This document shows, in pieces, positions 10,345-18,512 of a stretch of 49,698 nt of DNA. The position numbers and the translations under genes were made by a program. This DNA is from Oleiphilaceae bacterium (GTDB taxonomy: Bacteria; Pseudomonadota; Gammaproteobacteria; Pseudomonadales; Oleiphilaceae). Location of the stretch: the NCBI GenBank assembly GCA_041591755.1, contig JBFHRI010000001.1:1-49698 (forward strand). Direction: 5' to 3'. Under the pieces are notes generated by a model. The model did no database searches, was not told the origin of the DNA, and saw only the letters and a program-made list of their open reading frames with translations. Each line of letters begins with the position of its first letter. The first letter of the stretch is position 1.

Positions 10345-10960
10345 AGAAATGACGATGCATGAAAAGCGCAAAACCTTTCCGTTTTTGAGCTTTTCATGCC
10401 GAACGTTCAGACCATCAATTGTTGTTGTTGTTATTCCGTGTCACCGAGTGCGCTGCATATAAGGACAACGCAAGCAAGCGGATAAAATTTAGATGCACTG
10501 AGCAACATAAGCAGACAGCGACGCTTTGAACCGAATGTGCTACTTTCGTAGTTCTTTTCTATTTCGGTACAGCTATCGAATCTTTTATTGCCAACTATCG
10601 CTAAAAAGCTAAGCGTCCAAAAATTACCGTTTGCCCCGCTTTTTTTATTTTTATTTTTCGCGGTGATTCATCACTGACGACATCTATTTTTATTTTTGTT
10701 TTTTTAGTCTGCGATGTTTTGTTGTTTTGTAACGATATAAGAGCATTTGATATACCAAACTGTAATTTTTCTTTAATAAACATAGGGGTAGGAATTTACG
10801 CTACGCCTTTTGGACTATTCATAGAACTCGTCGGCATTAAAAACGTGAAAACACGCACACTTGTGTTTCCAGAGGTAACATTGGGTAACGTTCCATGCCC
10901 GTTTCCGTAGCGTTGGAAACAAGCACCCGCTTGGTGATTGGTGAATTTGTGACGTACATC
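10345..10960 (-). ncRNA. candidate CrcZ-like A-rich (Hfq/Crc-titrating) sRNA
   Basis: An 870-bp gap with no credible ORF lies between the cbrB-like gene and pcnB. A sigma-54 promoter sits at its upstream end. The minus strand carries A-rich ARN-type blocks: AACAACAA within ACAAAACAACAAAACA (10713-10734), AAAAAAACAAAAATAAAAATA (10685-10707), AAAAATAAAAATAAAAAAA (10640-10660) and AATAACAACAACAACAA (10417-10437). A long hairpin at 10357-10399 follows. Both ends are approximate. Confidence 0.45.
10357..10399 (-). terminator. long hairpin, possible 3' end of the candidate sRNA
   Basis: GCATGAAAAGC ... GCTTTTCATGC forms an 11-bp perfect stem with an inner CAAAA/TTTTG extension. On the minus strand it is followed by the moderately U-rich tract AUCGUCAUUUCUUACUUU. 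It is not a canonical U-run terminator. Confidence 0.35.
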
Positions 10961-10971
10961 ACGATTTTACT

Positions 10972-10987
10972 AGCGAATGTCATGCCA
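10972..10987 (-). promoter_or_regulatory. sigma-54 (-24/-12) promoter
   Basis: The minus strand reads TGGCAT-GACAT-TCGCT against the consensus TGGCAC-N5-TTGCW. The GG and GC dinucleotides are correctly spaced. It lies about 17 nt after the stop codon of the sigma-54 activator gene and points into the AT-rich gap. Confidence 0.6.
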
Positions 10988-11003
10988 GCGAGAGTAAACA
11001 GGC

Positions 11004-12383
11004 TTATTTTTTACGTGGAATGCCTAGGCGTTGGCGCCGCTCCCAAAGACTTTTGCGGCTGATGCCAAGCCGTTTAGCGAGTTCCGTTTCACTCATACGA
11101 TCCTGATTTTCCAACACAAACTGCTGAAAATAGTCTTCCATTGAGAGTGCGCGATTGGTTTGCGGCGGATTGGGGTTATAGGCAGAGGATTGATGAGGTG
11201 TAATCAGACCTTGCGGTATATTGATATCGTCAACTTCATACTCGATGTCCAGTAGATCAGGTGTAATGACTTCATCGTCCGCCAGAATGATGCCGCGTTC
11301 AATGGCGTTTTCGAGTTCCCGTACGTTGCCTGGCCAATGATAGTCGCTGATTAATTTCATGGCTTCCGGGCTGAATTTGATTTCTCGACGATTAAATTTG
11401 CGGGCGGTTTTCTCTAACAGCATTTGTGCCAGGCCAATAATATCGTTACCGCGTTCCCGCAAAGGTGGCAGCTTCAAAGTAATGACATTCAAACGATAAT
11501 ACAGGTCTTCACGAAACTGGCCGGTGCGCGCCAGCGCTTTAAGGTTACGATGGGTCGCCGCGATCATTCGCACATCGACGCGCTTGGATTGCGTGGAACC
11601 TACGCGCCGTATTTCACCTTCTTGCAGCACGCGTAACAGGCGTGCCTGTGCATCCAATGGAAGCTCACCAATCTCATCCAGGAATAGCGTGCCTCCATCC
11701 GCAGCCTCGATAACCCCGGTACGAGATTGAATGGCGCCGGTGAAGGAGCCTTTCTCATGACCGAATAGCTCGGACTCGATTAAGGTTTCCGGAATCGCAG
11801 CACAGTTGATGGCCAGGTAGTTTTTCTGTCGTCGTTGGCTCAGTTGATGAATGGCGCGTGCGGCCAGCTCTTTACCGCTTCCGGTTTCGCCTTGAATCAG
11901 GACGGTGGCATCTGTGGGGGCCGTTTTACGCATCAGTGTGAAGACTTTTTTCATGGCCGGGCAGCGCCCGTAAATCAGCTGTTGGATCTGCGCTTCAGCC
12001 TGCTTTTCACTCAGCTCGGCTTCGTCTTTGGCTTCGGGCTGGCTAATGATGTTGCTAATGATTTCAAGGATATCGGCTTGATCGAAAGGCTTTGCAATAT
12101 AGTCGACTGCACCAAGCTTCATGGCGTCAACCGCAGAGCGCAACCCAGCGTAACTAGTCATCACCAAGACCGGGACGCCTTGTGCGAGTTGAATAATATC
12201 GGTGCCGGGCTGGCCGGGCAGGCGCAAGTCGGTGATGATCAGATCGAAGGCGGGAAGAGGATGGTTTTCGATCGCTTCAGCGACGGATGCAACATCTTCG
12301 ACGAGATAGCGTTGCTCTTCCAAAGTCGCTTTGAGTTTGGCCCGACTGGTGGCGTCGTCTTCAATGACCAGAATGCGTGGCAT
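11004..12383 (-). CDS. sigma-54-dependent response regulator (NtrC family, CbrB-like)
   Basis: 459 aa. Receiver domain ([11 protein letters not shown]). AAA+ domain with Walker A GETGSGKE, a GSFTGA loop (GAFTGA variant) and the ELFGHEKG region. C-terminal HTH ([12 protein letters not shown]). It occupies the position of cbrB in Pseudomonas between gluQ/cbrA and pcnB. Confidence 0.85.
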   Translation of the reverse strand: MPRILVIEDDATSRAKLKATLEEQRYLVEDVASVAEAIENHPLPAFDLIITDLRLPGQPGTDIIQLAQGVPVLVMTSYAGLRSAVDAMKLGAVDYIAKPFDQADILEIISNIISQPEAKDEAELSEKQAEAQIQQLIYGRCPAMKKVFTLMRKTAPTDATVLIQGETGSGKELAARAIHQLSQRRQKNYLAINCAAIPETLIESELFGHEKGSFTGAIQSRTGVIEAADGGTLFLDEIGELPLDAQARLLRVLQEGEIRRVGSTQSKRVDVRMIAATHRNLKALARTGQFREDLYYRLNVITLKLPPLRERGNDIIGLAQMLLEKTARKFNRREIKFSPEAMKLISDYHWPGNVRELENAIERGIILADDEVITPDLLDIEYEVDDINIPQGLITPHQSSAYNPNPPQTNRALSMEDYFQQFVLENQDRMSETELAKRLGISRKSLWERRQRLGIPRKK

Positions 12384-12458
12384 GCAAGGGCTCTATCTGT
12401 AATGGGCTCATGGGCATTGGCGATGACTAACGATGATGTCGACCGCCGTGGTTGGCAT

Positions 12459-12731
12459 TTAAGGAACCTCTGATTCATTCCCTGCGGCCTCTGGCCTCCA
12501 GGAATTTTTGCTGGCGAGGCGCGCGACTAAGCCATACTGGTGGTCTGGCACAGGAGCGTAACAAAGCTCAGCGAGAATTCCTGGAGGCCCCGAAGGGCGC
12601 GGCCTGAGAGGCTCCAGCACTGCGTTGAACTGCTTGCCAGGGTCAACCAGCCCTGGACTGCGCAGCTCGCCTTGTTCTGAAGCCTCTCAGATTGCGCAGA
12701 GACCACAGGGAATGAATCAGAGGTTCCTTAA
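12459..12731. repeat. 273-bp element bounded by 26-bp perfect terminal inverted repeats (MITE-like or structured RNA)
   Basis: TTAAGGAACCTCTGATTCATTCCCTG at 12459-12484 has an exact reverse complement at 12706-12731. Nested inverted repeats: GGCCTCCAGGAATT (12493-12506 / 12576-12589) and CTGAGAGGC (12604-12612 / 12682-12690). On the minus strand GCCC-UUCG-GGGC lies at 12587-12598. Confidence 0.7.
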
Positions 12732-12757
12732 TAGCCTCGATAATAACGAACTGTATT

Positions 12758-13624
12758 TCAATCAGCCAGCTCATGCGGCGCCAACAAGGTCGCTTGATCC
12801 AGCTTGCCTGGTGTCCATTGGGCCAAAGCCGCTTGTAAAATGTCTGCGGGCTCCTTAAGCGCTGGCGCCAGATCGAAGCCTGCGAGCGCGAATACGCGAT
12901 GCAGATTGTCACCCGCCAACGCAGGGTCCAAGGCCGGTGCGAGGTTCTGTTTGCTTAGTTTTTGCCCCGCCTGGTTGACCAGTAGCGGGATATGCCCAAA
13001 GCGCGGCGCAGGATGTTCAAGCGCTTCATATAAGGCGAGCTGCATGGGAGTTGAATCCAGCAGATCGGCGCCACGCACTACATGGGTGATGCCTTGCGCG
13101 ATATCATCGGCGACCACGGCGAGTTGATAGGCGTAGAAGCCTTCCTTTCTCTTTAAAACGAAGTCTTGCTCGAGTTTACCGGCCTGCGGACCGAGAAAAA
13201 GATCGTTCCAGCAGTAATCCCGCGGGTGAGTGCGAAAGCGCCAGGCAATCGCCGCACCGCCTTCTCCTCGTTGGCAGGCCTCGCTGTGCTGTCCCTCGTG
13301 CAGCGTCAGCTCTTTGCGGCTGCAGGGGCAGGCAAAAGTATGTTGGCGGTGAGTCAGGGTCTGCAGAAGTTCTTCGTAATAGGCGCTGCGTGCAGATTGA
13401 TACAGGACCGGCTCATCGCTGCGGAGACCATGGGCGCTAAGGCAGCTGAGTATGTGTTCGGCTGCGCCCATTTGCTCCCGCGGCGGGTCGAGGTCCTCAA
13501 TCCGTACCAGCCAGACGCCGTGGTGGTGACGCGCATGCAGATAGGACATGACGGCGGCAAACAGCGACCCAAAATGCAAAAGGCCGGTAGGCGACGGAGC
13601 AAAACGACCACGATAGTTCGACAT
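12758..13624 (-). CDS. gluQ: tRNA glutamyl-Q(34) synthetase
   Basis: 288 aa. RFAPSPTGLLHFGSL and KLSKQ class-I synthetase motifs. It is a truncated GluRS paralog with no anticodon-binding domain and lies immediately downstream of dksA. Confidence 0.9.
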   Translation of the reverse strand: MSNYRGRFAPSPTGLLHFGSLFAAVMSYLHARHHHGVWLVRIEDLDPPREQMGAAEHILSCLSAHGLRSDEPVLYQSARSAYYEELLQTLTHRQHTFACPCSRKELTLHEGQHSEACQRGEGGAAIAWRFRTHPRDYCWNDLFLGPQAGKLEQDFVLKRKEGFYAYQLAVVADDIAQGITHVVRGADLLDSTPMQLALYEALEHPAPRFGHIPLLVNQAGQKLSKQNLAPALDPALAGDNLHRVFALAGFDLAPALKEPADILQAALAQWTPGKLDQATLLAPHELAD

Positions 13625-13652
13625 GGCGCGGGAAAGAGTGATCAGATCAACT

Positions 13653-13679
13653 GTGAAGCGCCGTGTTTCGGCGCTTCAC
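13653..13679 (-). terminator. hairpin between dksA and gluQ (possible partial terminator or attenuator)
   Basis: GTGAAGCGCC-GTGTTTC-GGCGCTTCAC, a 10-bp perfect stem. No U-run follows on the minus strand. Confidence 0.3.
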
Positions 13680-13686
13680 TTCAGGC

Positions 13687-14133
13687 TTAAATGCCAGTCT
13701 GCTTTTCCTTGATCTCTGCCAGCGTTTTGCAGTCAATACACAACGAGGCGGTCGGTCGAGCTTCGAGTCTTCGAATGCCGATTTCAACCCCACAGGAGTC
13801 GCAAAAGCCATAATCGTCTCGTTCGATCCGATCAATGGTCTGGTCGATCTTCTTGATCAGCTTACGCTCGCGATCGCGGGTGCGCAATTCGAGGCTGAAC
13901 TCTTCTTCCTGCGTTGCTCGATCGCTGGGATCGGCAAAGTTGGAGGCATCCTCTTTCATATGGTGCACGGTGCGATCCACTTCTTCCATTAGCTCCTGTT
14001 TCCAGGACAGCAGGATCTTCTTGAAGTGCTCGCGTTGTGCGGCATTCATATACTCTTCGTCGGCACCTGCCTGGTACGGCTTAAAGCCAGAAAAGTTTTG
14101 TGCGTTTTCTTGTTTGGCCGGCATAGAACTCAT
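13687..14133 (-). CDS. dksA: RNA polymerase-binding transcription factor DksA
   Basis: 148 aa. C4 zinc finger CDSCGVEIGIRRLEARPTASLCIDC preceded by an acidic coiled-coil region. Confidence 0.95.
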   Translation of the reverse strand: MSSMPAKQENAQNFSGFKPYQAGADEEYMNAAQREHFKKILLSWKQELMEEVDRTVHHMKEDASNFADPSDRATQEEEFSLELRTRDRERKLIKKIDQTIDRIERDDYGFCDSCGVEIGIRRLEARPTASLCIDCKTLAEIKEKQTGI

Positions 14134-14407
14134 CTCGTGACGGGTTTTTCTACTGCTCCGAAGGTCCGGATGCCTGCGGTAGCCGCTTTGTTTGAGCTCA
14201 GTCAGTATCCTCGTGCACCAAGGCAGCTCGCGATGGTTGACGGGAGCTTAGCCAACGAAAATTAGCAGAAAGTTTTGCAATAAGCCAACTTTTTGTCGGC
14301 GGCCTGTGGCAACCGCTCGCCGCCCTTGGTCACCCGCGGCAAACACTATATGATTGGCGCCTGCCCGCCGTCATACGGCATCGAAATCACTCGTGCAGGA
14401 CCTTCGT

Positions 14408-14980
14408 ATGTTTGCCGATATTTTCCGTCTGATTATTGATACGGTGTCCGGACTGTATCTTCTAATCATCCTGATGCGCTTTTGTCTGCAGTTGGCACGC
14501 GCAGATTTTTATAACCCAATTTCACAGTTTGTGGTCAAGGCGACCAACCCATTGCTGGTGCCGATAAGGCGTGTCGTGCCCGGACTGGGCGGTGTCGATA
14601 TCGCCTCGCTAGTGTTGGCAGTGCTGTTTCAGTTTGTCGTGCTGGCCCTGAAAATCCTTGTCCTTTCGAGTGGCTTTCCGGATGTCCTGGCCTTGGCTTA
14701 TGTGAGTCTTCTGATGGTTTGCGGCATGCTCCTGAAAATCTATTTCTGGTCCCTGTTGATCGTCATCATCGCCAGTTGGATAGCGCCGGGCAGTTCGCAT
14801 CCGGTATTGGTGTTACTCAATCAAGTGATTGCGCCGTTGATGCGCCCATTTCAAAAGCTACTGCCACCGGTAGGGGGCTTTGACCTTTCCCCGATTTTGG
14901 TACTGATGGTACTGCAAGTCCTGGAGTTGGTGCTGAGTCACTTGGGGAGCCCATTTGGCATTGGCTTTGGTTTTATGTGA
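14408..14980 (+). CDS. yggT: YggT family membrane protein
   Basis: 190 aa from ATG 14408, with AGGA 7 nt upstream. The ORF opens with TTG at 14354. Two YggT-type hydrophobic repeats. Confidence 0.85.
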   Translation: MFADIFRLIIDTVSGLYLLIILMRFCLQLARADFYNPISQFVVKATNPLLVPIRRVVPGLGGVDIASLVLAVLFQFVVLALKILVLSSGFPDVLALAYVSLLMVCGMLLKIYFWSLLIVIIASWIAPGSSHPVLVLLNQVIAPLMRPFQKLLPPVGGFDLSPILVLMVLQVLELVLSHLGSPFGIGFGFM

Positions 14981-15278
14981 CTTTGATCATAAAAACATAA
15001 AAAGTCATCTGCGATTACAGCTTTTCACAAATTGATAGAGGTCGGTAAGCACCCACTATTTATTTCGTAGGCGATTGAAAAGTAGGTTCTTTTCCGTAGA
15101 GGAGGTCGAAGGCCTGGATGCCAGACCCGCTCAACAGCCATGCCTGGGGGATAGGCATGGGTTTGCCTCTCTGGCAACCTGCCTATAATGCAGCAATCCT
15201 GGCTGAGAGTTTGCAGTCTTTCGCAGATTGGCGAACCGCAGCGGCAATTTTTTTCCAGAATGACCACGATCCATCAGG

Positions 15279-17243
15279 ATGACCTCTATGGGTATGCAAA
15301 GTTTCTCCGGTAAAGTCAGCGCTTATCAAAACTGGAAGCGCCATCTACAAACCGAGATTGTCAATTATCAGGCATGGTTGGCGGAAAACGAGATCGAATC
15401 GGATGATTTGCAGCTAAGTCTGCAGCGCGGTCTGAGTATGTTGCGCGACGATGAGCTGACCATCGCCTTCGTGGGTGAATATTCACGCGGCAAAACCGAA
15501 CTGATCAATGCGATTGTCTTTGCGGATGCTGGTCGACGCATCCTGCCCTCGCAAGCCGGGCGCACGACCATGTGCCCGACTGAGCTGTTTTACGATCATT
15601 ATCGCGACGCCTGTTACATGCGTCTGTTACCCATCGAAACGCGCCTGCAGGAGCGTTCGATTGCTGACTTCAAAAAAGATCCCGATGCGTGGCACGAGAT
15701 CCCCTTGGATCCCAATGATCCGGAAAAAATGAGTTTTAGTTTGCGTCAGGTCGCCTCTACCAGGGTAGTATCAAGGGCCGAGGCAAGGTCACTCGGCTTC
15801 GACGAAAATTCGCTGGAAGCGGAGCCCAATAGTCGCGATCGGGTCATTATTCCGGCTTGGCGGCATGCCTTGATCAGTATCGACAGTCCGATCTTACGCA
15901 AGGGCGTGCGCATTCTCGATACCCCTGGGTTGAATGCCTTAGGCTCCGAACCTGAGCTGACGATCAGCATGATTCCGAAGGCGCATGCGGTCATTTTTGT
16001 GCTGAGCGCTGACACGGGCGTGACAGCCAGTGATCTCGCGATCTGGCGTGAATACATCACGATCAAGGGCGCCGATCATCGAGGTGGCCGCTTCGCGGTG
16101 CTGAATAAGATTGATGTGTTGTGGGATGACATTCAGGGGCCTGCGGTGACGCTTGAAAACATTGAGCGTGTCAGTCGCAGTACGGCTGAGCATCTGAACA
16201 TCGCGGTCGATGACGTGATTCCAGTGTCGGCCAAGCAGGGTCTGCTGGCTAAGGCGCGCAAAGATGAGGAATTGCTGCGGCGTAGCGCCTTGCTGCGATT
16301 GGAAAAGTTGATCTCCAGTCGCATCATGGCGGACAAAGAGAAAGTGATCAGCGAAGAACTCACTGGCAATGTGTTAGAAATGTTGCAAAGCAGTCAATCC
16401 ATGTTGCGCCAACGTTTGTCTAATCTCTATGAACGTAAGGACTCGCTAACCTGCAGCAGCGTTAGTCCCGAGGCCTTGCAAGATCTTGCTGATCGCACAC
16501 AACGAGATCACGAGCACTATTACAAGAAGCTGATTACTTTGAAGTCGAGTCGTCGCTTAATGCATTCGCAGGGCGAGATTTTACAGCAGTTGGTGAGTAA
16601 AGAGCAGTTTGACGGCATCATCGAGCAGACCCGCAAAGCACTCAACGATAGTTGGAGCACCTTAGGCATGAATCGCGCGATGCGCGAGTTCTTTGAACAC
16701 ATGGAGCGGATGATCGAAAGCGTCAGCTTGGAGGCCCGTATGGCCGACAAGATGGTGGCAGCCATTTACCAGCGTTTTACGGTGGATATTGGTGTGGGTC
16801 ATCTCAAGCCGAAGGCTTTTTCTATTCAAAAACAGCGGCAGCGCGTGCGTGACCTACAGACGCGCTCGATCCAATTTCGACGCAATCCGAAAATGATCAT
16901 GACCGAGCAAACGCAATTGATCAAACGCTTCTTTAACACCTTTGTTCTGGAGGCCCAGGACATTCACCAGCAACTACAAACAGAAGCCAAACGCTGGCCC
17001 GATGAGGCACTCTTGCCCTTGATGCAGTACACCCTGGAGCAGCGCAAACTGTTGGAAAAACAAGTCGCGACGTTAAAGTCCCTGGCCAGCTCGAACAAAG
17101 ACGTGCGCACGCAGCAATCCAGCCTCGAAGAGATGATTCGCAAGGTCACTGAGCAATTGATCCAGGTTGAGAATATCGCCAAACGCCTCAAGCGCATTCC
17201 CCCGAATGCCGATGAAGTGGCCCTCAGTTTAGTCAAACCTTAA
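15279..17243 (+). CDS. dynamin family GTPase (bacterial dynamin-like protein)
   Basis: 654 aa. G1 GEYSRGKT, G3 DTPGLNA and G4 LNKID motifs, followed by a long helical, coiled-coil-like C-terminal half. Alternative starts are ATG 15288 and 15294; AGGA lies 8 nt upstream of 15288. Confidence 0.85.
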   Translation: MTSMGMQSFSGKVSAYQNWKRHLQTEIVNYQAWLAENEIESDDLQLSLQRGLSMLRDDELTIAFVGEYSRGKTELINAIVFADAGRRILPSQAGRTTMCPTELFYDHYRDACYMRLLPIETRLQERSIADFKKDPDAWHEIPLDPNDPEKMSFSLRQVASTRVVSRAEARSLGFDENSLEAEPNSRDRVIIPAWRHALISIDSPILRKGVRILDTPGLNALGSEPELTISMIPKAHAVIFVLSADTGVTASDLAIWREYITIKGADHRGGRFAVLNKIDVLWDDIQGPAVTLENIERVSRSTAEHLNIAVDDVIPVSAKQGLLAKARKDEELLRRSALLRLEKLISSRIMADKEKVISEELTGNVLEMLQSSQSMLRQRLSNLYERKDSLTCSSVSPEALQDLADRTQRDHEHYYKKLITLKSSRRLMHSQGEILQQLVSKEQFDGIIEQTRKALNDSWSTLGMNRAMREFFEHMERMIESVSLEARMADKMVAAIYQRFTVDIGVGHLKPKAFSIQKQRQRVRDLQTRSIQFRRNPKMIMTEQTQLIKRFFNTFVLEAQDIHQQLQTEAKRWPDEALLPLMQYTLEQRKLLEKQVATLKSLASSNKDVRTQQSSLEEMIRKVTEQLIQVENIAKRLKRIPPNADEVALSLVKP

Positions 17244-17254
17244 GCCCTTTCCTT

Positions 17255-17285
17255 TGACACAGCGGCGCTCAAGGCCGCTGTGTCA
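17255..17285 (+). terminator. hairpin downstream of the dynamin-like gene
   Basis: TGACACAGCGGC-GCTCAAG-GCCGCTGTGTCA, a 12-bp perfect stem 12 nt after the stop codon. The trailing T tract is weak. Confidence 0.45.
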
Positions 17286-17353
17286 GTTGCGATTGCCGGG
17301 ACGGGCGTTTACACTCGCCGCTTTCCCTTATCCCTAAGTAGCAGTTCCCCGGA

Positions 17354-18508
17354 ATGCCCAAGATCATCCCTGACAATTCAGTTGGCATTGTCACGCCACA
17401 AACCTGTCGGTTCATGGAGCCCTTGCCTTTGGTTTGCGGCAAAACGCTGCGTGAGTACGAGTTGGTTTACGAAACCTATGGCGAATTGAATGCGGCGCGC
17501 ACGAATGCCGTGCTGATCTGTCATGCCCTGAGCGGCAATCACCATGCGGCGGGATATCATAGTGAAAAAGACAAAAAAGCCGGCTGGTGGGATACCTGTA
17601 TCGGCCCTGGCAAACCGATCGATACAAAGCGTTTTTTTGTCGTTTGTCTGAATAATCTGGGGGGCTGTCATGGCAGCACCGGACCGAAGTCAATCAACCC
17701 CGAGACTGGAAATCTCTACGGTCCTGACTTTCCGATTGTGACCGTCAAAGATTGGGTCGATAGTCAGGCGCGTCTGGCCGATGTGCTGGGGATCCAGAAG
17801 TGGGCGGCGGTCGTCGGTGGGAGTTTGGGCGGTATGCAGGCTTTGCGTTGGTCGCTGGATTATCCCGAGCGCGTAGCGAATGCCTTGGTGATTGCCTCAA
17901 CGCCTAAGTTGACCGCGCAAAATATTGCGTTTAATGAAATTGCCCGTAAAGCCATTACCTCCGATCCGGATTTTCATGGCGGGCGCTACTACCAACACAA
18001 CACCGTGCCAGCCAAGGGCCTGATGTTGGCGCGCATGATTGGTCATATTACGTATCTTTCCACCGAAGCGTTGGGCGAGAAGTTCGGGCGGGATTTGAAG
18101 CTGCCAGCGTTTAATTTTGGTTATGAAATTGAGTTTGAGGTCGAAAGTTACCTGCATTATCAAGGTGAACGTTTCTCTCGCTCCTTCGATGCCAACACTT
18201 ATTTGCTGATGACCCGAGCGCTTGACTACTTCGATCCCGCTGCAGATTTTGGAGGCTCCTTGCCGGATGCCCTGGCTCGTGCGCAGTGCCGTTATCTGGT
18301 GGTGTCATTTAGCACCGATTGGCGTTTCTCGCCGGAGCGCTCGGAAGAGCTGGTTGAAGCCATGGTCAAGGCAGGAAAAGAGGTGACCTATGTGGAGATC
18401 GACGCGCCGCATGGCCATGATGCATTTTTGATCCCGACGCCGCGCTATACCGCTGTCTTTTCAGCTTACATGGAACGTATCGCGAATGCATTGCAGGAGG
18501 TCCGCTAA
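17354..18508 (+). CDS. metX: homoserine O-acyltransferase (MetX)
   Basis: 384 aa alpha/beta hydrolase with the [10 protein letters not shown] nucleophile elbow, followed by metW. Confidence 0.9.
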   Translation: MPKIIPDNSVGIVTPQTCRFMEPLPLVCGKTLREYELVYETYGELNAARTNAVLICHALSGNHHAAGYHSEKDKKAGWWDTCIGPGKPIDTKRFFVVCLNNLGGCHGSTGPKSINPETGNLYGPDFPIVTVKDWVDSQARLADVLGIQKWAAVVGGSLGGMQALRWSLDYPERVANALVIASTPKLTAQNIAFNEIARKAITSDPDFHGGRYYQHNTVPAKGLMLARMIGHITYLSTEALGEKFGRDLKLPAFNFGYEIEFEVESYLHYQGERFSRSFDANTYLLMTRALDYFDPAADFGGSLPDALARAQCRYLVVSFSTDWRFSPERSEELVEAMVKAGKEVTYVEIDAPHGHDAFLIPTPRYTAVFSAYMERIANALQEVR

Positions 18509-18512
18509 GAAG

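Noticed and set aside
10601-10783. 60-aa Lys-rich ORF (MFIKEKLQ...KKTKIKID...KIKIKK) in the cbrB-like/pcnB gap.
   Set aside because: Its lysine runs are simply the A-rich AAnAAnAA blocks read as codons. It has no Shine-Dalgarno. A non-coding RNA explains it better.
10871-10900. Second possible sigma-54 site (GGGCATGGAACGTTAC on the minus strand) and GTTAC repeats as CbrB-type binding sites.
   Set aside because: The GG-to-GC spacing is off by one and the -12 element is poor. The GTTAC repeats are direct, not the TGTTAC-N14-GTAACA palindrome I remember, and they lie downstream of the better promoter.
12239-12858. Two ORFs containing MNQRFL (12239-12478 minus, at its N-terminus; 12625-12858 plus, internally) that look like a duplicated small gene.
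   Set aside because: The shared peptide is produced by the 26-bp inverted repeat read on opposite strands. One ORF overlaps the regulator's 5' end and the other overlaps the gluQ 3' end. Neither has a coding signature.
15025-15267. 80-aa minus-strand ORF in the yggT/dynamin intergenic region.
   Set aside because: It has no RBS and no motifs, and its orientation conflicts with both neighbours. It is most likely a chance ORF in a promoter region.
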